From assembly GCA_041660065.1 (NCBI GenBank), contig JBAZXC010000001.1, forward strand, positions 72,535-136,534: 64,000 nt of DNA. The letters are read 5' to 3'. Source of the DNA: Parcubacteria group bacterium (GTDB lineage Bacteria > Patescibacteriota > Minisyncoccia > Moranbacterales > GCA-2747515). Shown here one piece after another: positions 20,107 through 29,434 of this stretch; within the stretch, counting starts at the first letter, position 1; each line of letters starts with the position of its first letter. The notes below the pieces were generated by a model. It did not search any database and was not told the origin of the DNA. It saw nothing but the letters and a program-made list of their open reading frames with translations. A program made the translations under genes and the position numbers.

Positions 20107-20441
20107 TCGATCATTTTTTCTTTGCCATCTTTTGTGACAGTGATCGTGATGGGATTTGTTGTTTTTTCCACGGTGATGATCTGGTGATTATCTTTTGTGA
20201 TGAAAACATCTTCAGAAACAAGTGTGATTTCACCAGCGATTGCAGTATAGTGAAATGTTGCGTCGGCGGAGTGATTGTCGATCGCGAATGAGTGATTGTC
20301 CTGAGCAAACGGATCGACAAAGTAAATGCTCCAGAAATTCTCATCGTGTTCACGTTGGGTTTTTTCGGTGTATGCCAAGAACAGTATGCTTGCGCTGAGG
20401 CAGATGAGGATGGTTGCGATGATCATGATCTGATTTTTCAT
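20097..20441 (-). CDS. secreted/anchored hypothetical protein
   Basis: N-terminal signal anchor (MKNQIMIIATILICLSASILFLAY). Confidence 0.45.
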   Translation of the reverse strand: MKNQIMIIATILICLSASILFLAYTEKTQREHDENFWSIYFVDPFAQDNHSFAIDNHSADATFHYTAIAGEITLVSEDVFITKDNHQIITVEKTTNPITITVTKDGKEKMIEKK

Positions 20442-20450
20442 AATAGAGAG

Positions 20451-20517
20451 TTTATAAAGTTATAAAGTCTCAGCCAAAGGCTGACCCGCCTCGGGCGGGA
20501 TAAAGTTGAAAGTTTTT
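20451..20517. repeat. intergenic block with TTTATAAAGTT motif repeats and two short GC hairpins
   Basis: TTTATAAAGTTATAAAGTCT ... CAGCCAAAGGCTG, CCCGCCTCGGGCGGG ... ATAAAGTTGAAAGTTTTT; shares its motif with the 18.2 kb array. Confidence 0.4.
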
Positions 20518-20521
20518 AAGG

Positions 20522-22504
20522 TTATTGTTTTCTGATGAATAGGCTGAGTTTGTCATTTTGGTAGATGCGGGAGAATTGATCGTTGTGGAGGAACTGTCCG
20601 GCATCTTGTTCTGTGGAGACCAGTACTGCGCCAATGTGGAGGTTGTCATAGCATTGCACTGCCGTGGAGGAGTCCGGTGCGGTGATCATATCCAGTGTGC
20701 ATGTCTCGCGATCCGGATTGGTTTCATAGCGTGCAAGGAGTGCGCGGGAGAGAGGATACGAGTAATCATAGGCGAAAAAGATCTTGAGCCACGTGTCTGC
20801 GGTGATGTAGTTGTGATCTTTGATCATCCAAAAATCGTTTTGGACAAGTTTGCTCTTGAAAACGGTGCTGGCGTATTCACCGGCGTGAAAGGTTTGGAGT
20901 GCATCGTTGGTCTGCGGCGCGTTGTTCATCGATGTCGCGTTGTCGCGCAGTCCTGTGGTGCAGATGAATGTGAGGATGAGCAGGCATGTGGCTGAGAGCA
21001 TCCACTGGGGTACAGCGAGAGAGTCTTTGTTGATCAGTCTGTCAAAAAGCCATGTAACGGCAAAAGCAGTGAGAATTGCGAGAGGAAAAATATTGTACGT
21101 GGCGATACGGCTGGAGATGATATTGATGTAAAGCGTCTGCGGTGCGAGACTCATGAGAAGTATGGATGCTCCCCATCCGATAAAAAAAGCACAACCAAAA
21201 ATATTGATACGCACAGCATCATGTCGCACTTTTGCGCTAAAGAGATATTTCCTGCCAGCAATCGCTGTGAGGAGAAATAATCCGATCACGCCAAAGACGA
21301 AGCGTGCTTCGCCGGTCATGGCAAGTAAGTCTGCGAATGGTGTGCCGGTGCGTGATGACTTGCTCGGTGCACCGACAGAATCAGCAATGACGGAGCTGTC
21401 GAGATATGCGGGTGGTGCGATCACAAAGAGCATCGTTGCGGCAATGATGATGAGGGGAATGATGTAATAGTTTTTGAGAAGTCCAAAGATCTTTGTATAA
21501 TCCGACCAGCGATTTCTTTGCAAAATGATAAAAGTGAGCAAACTAAAGATAAATACATAACCAAAAATGAGTGTGCTCAAGTGATGTGTATACGCAAGTG
21601 CGGTGGTGAGGATCACAGCGGGCACAAGAAGAAGGGCTCTCTTTTCGGTGAAAGCACGATAAAAGAAATAGATGATCGCAGGAATGAGGAGATTGCCGAG
21701 GAGATTGCCGATCACACCGCCACTGACAAATTTTGCCTGCGCTCCGCTGATCGCCCAGAGCGGTCCGATCACGAGGAGGGTGACGATGGCGATCAATGCG
21801 CCACGGGGATGTTTTTTACATACTCTGCGTACGAGGACAAACATCATAAGTGCTGTGAAAATATTGATCACGAGGAGAAACAGTGATGGGAATGTGCTGA
21901 TGACGGATAGATGGGTGAGAATTGCGATCACGCCGAGAAAGATATGCTCGCCGACGATAAAGTCTGCAATTTTATGTGGTGCTGTAAGTTGGGCTGGATC
22001 GGAACTCGTGTCAATCTCGATCTTTTGATAATCAGGCAATGATTTGTCAACGGCAATTTTTTCTACCCAATAGAGATGATGACCGAGGTCGGTCGCTGTG
22101 GGGAAGATCGCATTGATGAGAAAGATCGATTTTATGCAGATCATGAAAAAAATGAGAAACGCGATCACAAAGGTTTGTGTGTGAGAAAATGTGAAGATGT
22201 CGGTGTGTGTCTGTGTCGTTTTTCTGTGTAAAAATAATGATGCAATGAGAAGCGGGACAATGATGCTCGCAAAGAGTGTCAAGAGATGTGCGGGCGTGAG
22301 GGATATGTTGAAATGATCGATGCCGATCACGGACAATGTGATGAGCGCAAAACCGATCGGCACGCTGAGCACGAATTTTTCCAACAATGCGAATTGGTTG
22401 CGTGCAAAGAATGCACGAAGAAAAAGCCATCCCGGCACGATCAGTAATCCAAGTGTTACGCTGATAAACAGGATCTGCTGTACGAAAAAATCATCTATGG
22501 ACAT
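20522..22504 (-). CDS. large polytopic membrane protein (possible GT-C/YfhO-like glycosyl- or polymer-transferase)
   Basis: 660 aa; >12 TM segments in the N-terminal two thirds, then a soluble C-terminal domain. Confidence 0.5.
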   Translation of the reverse strand: MSIDDFFVQQILFISVTLGLLIVPGWLFLRAFFARNQFALLEKFVLSVPIGFALITLSVIGIDHFNISLTPAHLLTLFASIIVPLLIASLFLHRKTTQTHTDIFTFSHTQTFVIAFLIFFMICIKSIFLINAIFPTATDLGHHLYWVEKIAVDKSLPDYQKIEIDTSSDPAQLTAPHKIADFIVGEHIFLGVIAILTHLSVISTFPSLFLLVINIFTALMMFVLVRRVCKKHPRGALIAIVTLLVIGPLWAISGAQAKFVSGGVIGNLLGNLLIPAIIYFFYRAFTEKRALLLVPAVILTTALAYTHHLSTLIFGYVFIFSLLTFIILQRNRWSDYTKIFGLLKNYYIIPLIIIAATMLFVIAPPAYLDSSVIADSVGAPSKSSRTGTPFADLLAMTGEARFVFGVIGLFLLTAIAGRKYLFSAKVRHDAVRINIFGCAFFIGWGASILLMSLAPQTLYINIISSRIATYNIFPLAILTAFAVTWLFDRLINKDSLAVPQWMLSATCLLILTFICTTGLRDNATSMNNAPQTNDALQTFHAGEYASTVFKSKLVQNDFWMIKDHNYITADTWLKIFFAYDYSYPLSRALLARYETNPDRETCTLDMITAPDSSTAVQCYDNLHIGAVLVSTEQDAGQFLHNDQFSRIYQNDKLSLFIRKQ

Positions 22505-22621
22505 AAGAGGTCAATTAATTCTTCTCCCATTAGCATAACATAATAGTGTATTATAAAACAGATGCGTTTTGATGAAGAAAAAATCATCGCTTGCGATTTG
22601 TATGTGTATCAGTGGCAACTG

Positions 22622-22695
22622 TTGCAGGATCACAGTTAAGTGGTGCTTTATGTGTAAAAAATGAAAGAAGCAGGTTGTAAACCTGCTCCTGCAAG
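22622..22695. repeat. direct repeat copy A (terminator-containing) flanking the nitrilase-family gene
   Basis: TTGCAGGATCACAG...GTGCTTTATGT...GAAAGAAGCAGGTTGTAAACCTGCTCCTGCAAG; near-identical to 23678..23763. Confidence 0.6.
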
Positions 22696-22784
22696 AGGAC
22701 TACTTATTTAAATTCACCCGTTGTTCATTGTCTAAGAAAAAGCTATACTGACAATATATTTTTATATCAGGAGATAATAGCTCT

Positions 22785-23594
22785 ATGAAGTTTAACATTG
22801 CTGTTGTACAATTTGAAACCATACGAAAATCTCCAAAAGAAAATTTGCAAAAAGCGGAGCAATTTATAAAAAAAGCAGCATCGTCACATGCAAATATTAT
22901 CGTCTTTCCTGAGAATTTCATCGCTGGATCAATGGAAGAACAATTCAAATATTTCTCCGATTCACGTGAATATTGCACGTATTTTCAACGTCTTGCCAAA
23001 AAATATGCAATTGATATCGTTCCGGGTTCACTTGCCGAAAAAAGCATGTCCAATCTTTATAATACTGCCTATTACATTGACGCAGAGGGAAAGATACGAT
23101 CACGATATCGAAAGATCCACCTTTGGCATCCCGAAAAACCGGTCTTTCGTTCGGGAAAAAAAGTTTTTGTTTTTGATACAAGGTACGGAAAAGTCGGGCT
23201 TATCATTTGTTGGGATCTATTTTTTCCTGAAATGTTCAGGAAAATGTTAAAAATGGGGGTTTCGACCGTTATTTGTCCGAGTTATTGGAGTTATGGAGAT
23301 GCTGGGAAAGGCTTGAAGTATAACAAAAATTCTGAGGCTACACTAATTGATTCGCTTTGTATTGGTAGGGCATTTGAAAATGAAATTATTTTTGTGTATT
23401 GTGGCGCTGTTGGAAAAATAGATACAAATAAAAAACAAGATCTATTGATAGGACATTCTCAGATAACAGTACCATTCAAAGGAGTTTTAAAGAAGTTTGA
23501 CCACAATCGAGAACAGATGTTCGTTCAAGAAGTGGACACTGCTATCCTTGATGATGCTGAACATGTGTATAGGGTTAAGACTGATCTATCTTAA
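22785..23594 (+). CDS. carbon-nitrogen hydrolase (nitrilase superfamily)
   Basis: Catalytic triad context: FPE (Glu), Lys region, IICWD (Cys). Confidence 0.8.
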   Translation: MKFNIAVVQFETIRKSPKENLQKAEQFIKKAASSHANIIVFPENFIAGSMEEQFKYFSDSREYCTYFQRLAKKYAIDIVPGSLAEKSMSNLYNTAYYIDAEGKIRSRYRKIHLWHPEKPVFRSGKKVFVFDTRYGKVGLIICWDLFFPEMFRKMLKMGVSTVICPSYWSYGDAGKGLKYNKNSEATLIDSLCIGRAFENEIIFVYCGAVGKIDTNKKQDLLIGHSQITVPFKGVLKKFDHNREQMFVQEVDTAILDDAEHVYRVKTDLS

Positions 23595-23602
23595 AGCTGA
23601 TA

Positions 23603-23645
23603 TGAGGTTGATAAAAAAATAGCTATCATTCGTTTATGTAAACGA
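23603..23645 (-). terminator. hairpin terminator (minus-strand orientation)
   Basis: Perfect 15-bp inverted repeat GCTATCATTCGTTTA / TAAACGAATGATAGC; T-run on the minus-strand side. Confidence 0.45.
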
Positions 23646-23677
23646 ATGATAGCGATCGTAGTGTGAACGGGAATCTA

Positions 23678-23763
23678 TTGCAGGATCACAGCTATACCGT
23701 GCTTTATGTTTTTGTTATGTGTAGAAAAACGAAAGAAGCAGGTTGTAAACCTGCTCCTGCAAG
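23678..23763. repeat. direct repeat copy B (terminator of the downstream minus-strand GT gene)
   Basis: Same ~85-bp sequence as 22622..22695, with an internal indel. Confidence 0.6.
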
Positions 23764-23804
23764 GTCTGAAAATTCTCTCTTAAGAGGAGAAGGTGTAATG
23801 AGGT

Positions 23805-24935
23805 TTATAAATTTTTCAGAACATCGAGATATTTTTGGGCGATCTTTTCCCAGCTAAAATGTTCAATGGTATAGAGACGTGCATTTTTGCCAAAAGACTC
23901 TCGATCGAAATCATCTGAGAGAACTTCGATGATCTTTTTAATCCACATCTGCGCATTCTCGTGTTCGATGAGAAAGCCGTTTTTGCCATCGTGGACGGCA
24001 TCTTTGAGTCCTTGAAAATTTGATGCGATGACGACACGTTCGCATGTGGCGGTTTCGACGGCATTGATGCCAAAGCCTTCCATAGATCCCGGGATGTCAA
24101 TATTGGGAGAGATGACGAGATCGACGGTGTTGAAGAGGATGATCTTCTCCGCGTCTGGACGATTGGGGAGGAGAAAGACGCGATCATGGAGGTTGTGCTT
24201 TTCTACCATTTTTTGCGCAAGCGGGAGGACATTGTCATCGCCGGCGGTTGTGTTTGATACAGCGCCACCCATTGCGACAAAGATGATATCTCGCGGGAGA
24301 AATGGCATCACCTGATCCAAAAACCATGCAACGCCTTTGTGTGGCACAAAACGACCCATGCGCAAGATCACTTTTTTGTCTGTGAGGTCGGTATGTAATA
24401 ATTGTGCCAATTCTTCGCGCGTATGGGTGAAGAAATACTCCTGTGGGTCAATGCCGTTTGGGATGAATGTGCATCTGTCTCTGTCGATCTCAAATCGTAC
24501 AGCCTCCGTGATCGTGTGCGTGCCGACGGCGATCAGTTTGTCCATGTGGCGCAATGCGGGGATGTTGACGGTGCGATAGACTTTGCCGAGGAGAGAGTTC
24601 TTTTGCGCATAGGTGATATCAAGTCCGTGCACGATGGAGATAAATTTTTTGTGCGGATAAAATATGTGTGCGATGCGACCGAGCGGGGATAATACACCAT
24701 CGCCAAAAAGCACCGCGTCATGTCGTGGCAGGAGAAAAAGCATTTTGCACAGTGCATACGGCAAAAAGAATGGCAAAAATTTCTTGCCTTTTGTGTTGGC
24801 GAGGATCGTGGTCGGCGTGATATCCTTTAATGCGTGCGCGATGCCGTAGTTTTGATTTTCGATCCCGCCAAATACCGGTGGATACGCGCGTGAGATGAAT
24901 AAGATGCGCAAATCCTTATCGGATAATGTAGACAT
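23805..24935 (-). CDS. glycosyltransferase family 1 (GT4-like)
   Basis: GT-B fold, N-terminal LRILFISRAYPPVFGGIE. Confidence 0.8.
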   Translation of the reverse strand: MSTLSDKDLRILFISRAYPPVFGGIENQNYGIAHALKDITPTTILANTKGKKFLPFFLPYALCKMLFLLPRHDAVLFGDGVLSPLGRIAHIFYPHKKFISIVHGLDITYAQKNSLLGKVYRTVNIPALRHMDKLIAVGTHTITEAVRFEIDRDRCTFIPNGIDPQEYFFTHTREELAQLLHTDLTDKKVILRMGRFVPHKGVAWFLDQVMPFLPRDIIFVAMGGAVSNTTAGDDNVLPLAQKMVEKHNLHDRVFLLPNRPDAEKIILFNTVDLVISPNIDIPGSMEGFGINAVETATCERVVIASNFQGLKDAVHDGKNGFLIEHENAQMWIKKIIEVLSDDFDRESFGKNARLYTIEHFSWEKIAQKYLDVLKNL

Positions 24936-24939
24936 GGTT

Positions 24940-25902
24940 TTATAAAATTACTTTGAAGTTATATTTTTGTTTACGCATACGGTACATGGTTTCCTCTGTG
25001 AGTTGGCGGTTGGTCTTGATCATATCGGCGATGAGTGCAAAAACGAGAAATTGCATTCCGACAAAAAACAGTACGATTGATACGAGGAGATAGTTGCGGT
25101 AGGGTGTGATCTGGAGTTCGGGGAGATAGAGCGCGAGGAATAAGATAAACACGAGCACTGATAAAAGGACGACAAAAAGTCCCGGGATGCCAAAAAACTT
25201 CATCGGACGCACATCGCGTATGGCTTTGATGATGATCTTTGCGCTGTTGTTGACAAAATTCCACACACCTAAAACGACGCGCGATTTGCGACCTTCAAAA
25301 TATTGGACGGTTACGGGGACCCATGTGAGTTTGAGATTTTTGCCGATGGCATCGATGATCGTTTCTTGGGTATAAGTAAAGCCAATCACAGTATTGAGTC
25401 GCAAGAGCGCTTCGCGATTATGTGCGCGGAATCCACACGTGAGATCGTGGATCTCGACATTGAGAAATGCGCCAACAAGCTTTGCGGCGAATTTGTTGAG
25501 AACTTTTTTGATCAGAGGGATACCGTTTGCTTTACCGGCTTTGAATCGATCGCCAATCGTCATGTCTGCATCTCCATCCAGAATTGGTTTGAGCATGGCG
25601 CCGATCTGTTGGGGATCGAACTGACCATCTGCGTCAATGTTGACCATGATGTCAGCGCCGTTCTCCAGTGCACTGCGTACGGCGGAGTTAAATGCAATGC
25701 CGAGACGGCGGTTGGTCTTGTGGACGACAACAATATCTGCGCCGGCTTCTCTGGCGGCATCTGCCGTGCCATCGCGTGATCCGTCATCGACCACTTGGAT
25801 AAGTACCTCGGAAATGCCGTCAAAAGAGCGGGGGATTGCGCGAATCGTTTTGCCAATGGATTTTGCTTCGTTGTATGCCGGCATGTTGATGATCAATTTC
25901 AT
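24940..25902 (-). CDS. glycosyltransferase family 2 (polyprenyl-phosphate sugar synthase, DPM1/GtrB-like) with C-terminal TM helices
   Basis: PAYNE..., VDDGS.D.T motifs; two C-terminal TM helices. Confidence 0.8.
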   Translation of the reverse strand: MKLIINMPAYNEAKSIGKTIRAIPRSFDGISEVLIQVVDDGSRDGTADAAREAGADIVVVHKTNRRLGIAFNSAVRSALENGADIMVNIDADGQFDPQQIGAMLKPILDGDADMTIGDRFKAGKANGIPLIKKVLNKFAAKLVGAFLNVEIHDLTCGFRAHNREALLRLNTVIGFTYTQETIIDAIGKNLKLTWVPVTVQYFEGRKSRVVLGVWNFVNNSAKIIIKAIRDVRPMKFFGIPGLFVVLLSVLVFILFLALYLPELQITPYRNYLLVSIVLFFVGMQFLVFALIADMIKTNRQLTEETMYRMRKQKYNFKVIL

Positions 25903-25989
25903 AATGTTTTATCAGCGTTAGTATTTAGGATAATACATGATATATGTTTCCGTGAGATTTGTCTATATTATACACTATAGGACGTCCTC

Positions 25990-26018
25990 TTGACAAAAAA
26001 ACATTTTTCCCCTATAAT
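25990..26018 (+). promoter_or_regulatory. consensus sigma70-type promoter (TTGACA-17-TATAAT)
   Basis: TTGACA at 25990-25995, a 17-nt spacer, TATAAT at 26013-26018. Confidence 0.6.
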
Positions 26019-26024
26019 CACCTT

Positions 26025-26205
26025 AATATTTAAACCAGTTCCTTAATTGAAAAAGTGTGTGGTGACCGCCTACGGCAACACCTCCATGTCAATGCTTCCC
26101 GCTCGCGATACACCTCCTTTCTCTTCGCGCACAAGACCGTATTTTTATGGTTGCCACACACTTTTTCTTCTTTTGCAGCTTCGATCATTCGAGGCTGTTT
26201 TTTTA
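26025..26205 (+). ncRNA. candidate small structured RNA of unknown class
   Basis: Canonical promoter, then a 19-nt closing stem (26049-26067 pairs with 26149-26167) enclosing ~80 nt, then the terminator CAGCTTCGA-TCAT-TCGAGGCTG + T7 (26176-26204). No convincing ORF. Confidence 0.3.
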
Positions 26206-26346
26206 TGACTTTTTGCCATAATTGTAAAAGTGTGCAAGAATACGCGGTTGAATGTCTGTGTGTGCGGGTGTATAATGATTGCATACAAAAAAACATTCAT
26301 TGATCAATGGAAAGTATATAAATATTTTTGGTAAGGGGCATTATAT

Positions 26347-27501
26347 ATGAATATTGGTATCAACGCATCGTTCATGCGAAAGCCCGGTACGGGCATTGGA
26401 CAGGTGACGACGCATTTTCTTCATGAGCTCATTCGACGGTCACATACTGATCGATCGTTCAAAAATCATAAATTCTTCATCTATAGTGAAGAGCTGATCG
26501 ATATGGATTTCCCCAAGAATTTTACGTGCAGACATTTCTTGCCACATTACTATCGACGGGATGATCTTTTCCGCAGACTGTTGTGGGAGAAATTTTCTTT
26601 ACCGTGCTGTGCGCATCGGGATAAATGTGATGTGCTCATCAGTTTGTATCAGTCGGCGACTGTGATCAAGTACACGGACATGCGTCACATCATGGTGGTA
26701 CATGATGTGATCCCGCATATTTTTGCAGAGTATTTGGACAATATGCGGAAGAAAATTTATTGGAAATATGTTGAAAAAGGGATGTATGGATCACATAAGA
26801 TCATCGCTGTATCCGAGTATACAAAGATCGATCTTGCAACGCGACTCAATATCAAAGAACAAAAGATTACCGTTGCGCCAATTGCTGTGGATCCGATTTT
26901 TAGCAATATCGTGTCACAAGAAGAGATGGATCGTGTGATGGATGTATATAAACTTGAAAGTAAGAAGTACATATATACAGGTGGCGGTTTGGAGTTGCGC
27001 AAATGTGCGGATCGTACATTGCGTGCATACAAGATGTTGCGTGAACGGATACCTGATGCGCCGACCCTTGTCATTTCAGGAAAACTGATGCCGGAGCTTG
27101 CCCCGCTTATTGTTGATGTGGAACAAATCGTTTATGATCTGGGACTTGTGGATCACGTGCGCATCATCGGATTTGTACCGCAGGCAGATCTGCCGGCACT
27201 TTATAAAGGCGCAGTTTGTTTTGTCTTTCCGTCATTGTACGAAGGTTTTGGCATGCCGGTACTGGAGGCAATGAATATTGGCACACCGGTGATCACGTCA
27301 AGGGATTCCAGTTTGTCGGAAGTTGGTGGTGATGCGGTTGTGTATGCCGAGCATGATGATGAAGCGTTGTGTGAAAAAATGCGCGAGGTGATCCTCGATC
27401 ACACATTACAAGAAATGATCAGTGCAAAAGAAAAAGAACAAGCACAAAAATTTTCTTGGCAATCTTTTGTTGAAAAGATTTGGGAAACGGTTACAATGTA
27501 G
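26347..27501 (+). CDS. glycosyltransferase family 1 (GT4-like)
   Basis: GT-B fold; C-terminal FVFPSLYEGFGMPVLEAM motif. Confidence 0.75.
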   Translation: MNIGINASFMRKPGTGIGQVTTHFLHELIRRSHTDRSFKNHKFFIYSEELIDMDFPKNFTCRHFLPHYYRRDDLFRRLLWEKFSLPCCAHRDKCDVLISLYQSATVIKYTDMRHIMVVHDVIPHIFAEYLDNMRKKIYWKYVEKGMYGSHKIIAVSEYTKIDLATRLNIKEQKITVAPIAVDPIFSNIVSQEEMDRVMDVYKLESKKYIYTGGGLELRKCADRTLRAYKMLRERIPDAPTLVISGKLMPELAPLIVDVEQIVYDLGLVDHVRIIGFVPQADLPALYKGAVCFVFPSLYEGFGMPVLEAMNIGTPVITSRDSSLSEVGGDAVVYAEHDDEALCEKMREVILDHTLQEMISAKEKEQAQKFSWQSFVEKIWETVTM

Positions 27502-27503
27502 AT

Positions 27504-29054
27504 ATGAAAAGTCTTTTGGAGAATACGAAGATACTTGCTGTGGTCACTGCACTTTTTGGTGTGTGTATGATCATGATTGGTCGTGCGGATTTTTTTGCCT
27601 CGATGCCACTTTTTGTTGTGGGTGGCGTTTTTTGCGTTGCAGTCGGCATTGCTATTTTTCGTCCGGCATTTGGCTTTGCGTTGTTTATTTCTGCATTGCC
27701 TTTTGAGATCATAAGCGTCTTGCCCGAGAATGTCGGATTGTCTGTCCGTCCGTATCAACTATTGGGTGTGGCATTGTGCTGTGCGATCCTGTGGATCTAT
27801 GTGCGCAGAGATGTGACTATTACGGATGTGCGAGCATCCATTATGGATTTTTTGGTCGGTATTTTTCTTTTAGTGAGTTTTATGACTGTGCGATGGGCTG
27901 TCGATCCGTCGCTGGCATTGCAACAGACGATCATTCTTGCGTCTTTTGTTGTGTTGTATTTTGTGTCGCGATTTTTCGTCACGGATGTGCATCGAGTGAT
28001 TGCGGTCTTGCCGATCATTGTTGTAAGCGGAGGTGTAATGAGTGTCTATGCGATCGTACAAAATATTCTTTTTTTGCAAGGAGGCGATCATCAAGAATTT
28101 ATGCCGGGACGTCCAAATGCGTTTTTTGCGGAGCCGGATTGGCTGGGAGTATATTTCGTCTTTGTCTTTGCGGCATGCATTGCATACCTTTATTACAACG
28201 CGCATCACAAACATGTGTGGCGGTTTTTCGATGTGTCTTTGTGGAGCGTAACGACTACAGTTGCGGTTGCGATGATCCTGACGGTTGCGCGGAGTGCATG
28301 GGTGGGCGTTGCGTCTGTGAGTGCTGTATATTTGCTCGTTGTTTTTCTCTCGCGGAAGTATAAAATGTTTGCACGGCATGCTCTGTGGCTTGGGAGTGTC
28401 GCGGTTGTCAGCATGGGGGTCGTGCTGTATGCACCTGTGACGAATTTTGAATTGGACAATCGTATCCAAAGCACAACTACGGGATTGCAAGAAATTACCG
28501 TGTCATGCACACAAGAGAGTGCGGGTGCACAACTCAGTGCACAAAAAGAAATTGATGATGTTGCGGAACTTTCTGCATATGGCTGTCGTCATATTGATCT
28601 CGAAGAAATTGAGAAGGAAAAAATGACGGGGCATACGGTTGTAAAGGTTTTGCGCAATGATCCCAATGTCGCTGTGCGTGCAAAGACTTATGATCATGTG
28701 ATCCAGCTTGTCCGTGCGCGTCCGTTTACCGGTTATGGGTGGGGGAGCAGCGGTGATTTGCTTGGCAATGATGAACAGGGCACACCACTCAATGCGAGTA
28801 ATATCTTTTTGGAGACGGCGTTGTCGATCGGTGTGATCGGTCTGGGAGTGTTGGTATTGTTTTTTGGTGCAATTGGTGTCCGTGCGCTTCATGTGATGTA
28901 TTGCGCGCATGATGAAGTGACGCGGAGCGTGGCTGTGTTTAGCGTGATCGGACTTGTGGCGATCATCGTACCAAATCTTTTTAATGCGGGATTGTTTTTG
29001 GGTTTTGTGTGGGTGTATTTTGCACTGGTTGCACCTTTGTTCAAAAAGATATAA
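27504..29054 (+). CDS. O-antigen ligase/polymerase-like membrane protein (Wzy_C family)
   Basis: ~12 TM helices with a large periplasmic loop; start taken as the ATG right after the upstream stop (the ORF-track start 27480 overlaps the previous gene). Confidence 0.55.
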   Translation: MKSLLENTKILAVVTALFGVCMIMIGRADFFASMPLFVVGGVFCVAVGIAIFRPAFGFALFISALPFEIISVLPENVGLSVRPYQLLGVALCCAILWIYVRRDVTITDVRASIMDFLVGIFLLVSFMTVRWAVDPSLALQQTIILASFVVLYFVSRFFVTDVHRVIAVLPIIVVSGGVMSVYAIVQNILFLQGGDHQEFMPGRPNAFFAEPDWLGVYFVFVFAACIAYLYYNAHHKHVWRFFDVSLWSVTTTVAVAMILTVARSAWVGVASVSAVYLLVVFLSRKYKMFARHALWLGSVAVVSMGVVLYAPVTNFELDNRIQSTTTGLQEITVSCTQESAGAQLSAQKEIDDVAELSAYGCRHIDLEEIEKEKMTGHTVVKVLRNDPNVAVRAKTYDHVIQLVRARPFTGYGWGSSGDLLGNDEQGTPLNASNIFLETALSIGVIGLGVLVLFFGAIGVRALHVMYCAHDEVTRSVAVFSVIGLVAIIVPNLFNAGLFLGFVWVYFALVAPLFKKI

Positions 29055-29110
29055 TATCTATTTGAATGAGTTGCATGATCGATCAATATCAGAATAAAGG
29101 AGAAAAAAGC

Positions 29111-29329
29111 ATGGCAGAGAAGATCAATATGTTACACGGCAAAAAAGTCATCGTGGCTTCCTGTGACGACAATGGCGATCGTCAATGTACGATTCGATCG
29201 GGATGTGAAAAACCACATCCATTTGAAGCTGTTGATGATAAAAGTGGCACTGTAGTACACGCATTTCCGGCGTATGTCGCCAAAGAGTTGCGCGAGAAAG
29301 GATGCACATCAAATATGATGCTTGTATAA
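29111..29329 (+). CDS. small Cys-containing hypothetical protein (72 aa)
   Basis: AAGGAG RBS 7 nt upstream of the ATG; own terminator; four Cys residues. Confidence 0.35.
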   Translation: MAEKINMLHGKKVIVASCDDNGDRQCTIRSGCEKPHPFEAVDDKSGTVVHAFPAYVAKELREKGCTSNMMLV

Positions 29330-29350
29330 CACAGCGCATCATCAATCCAA

Positions 29351-29387
29351 ACAGGATCGTTGCGACGATCCTGCTTTTCTTTTTTTT
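29351..29387 (+). terminator. rho-independent terminator
   Basis: CAGGATCGT-TGCG-ACGATCCTG followed by a T-rich run. Confidence 0.55.
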
Positions 29388-29434
29388 GTAAAAGCTGGTA
29401 TGATGGATGATATAAATATTTGTATGTATGAAAT

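Noticed and set aside
26055-26303. 82-codon plus-strand ORF in the candidate sRNA region
   Set aside because: No RBS, it crosses a strong terminator hairpin, and it is Cys/His/Phe-rich and unconserved-looking. An RNA interpretation is preferred, though it is not proven.
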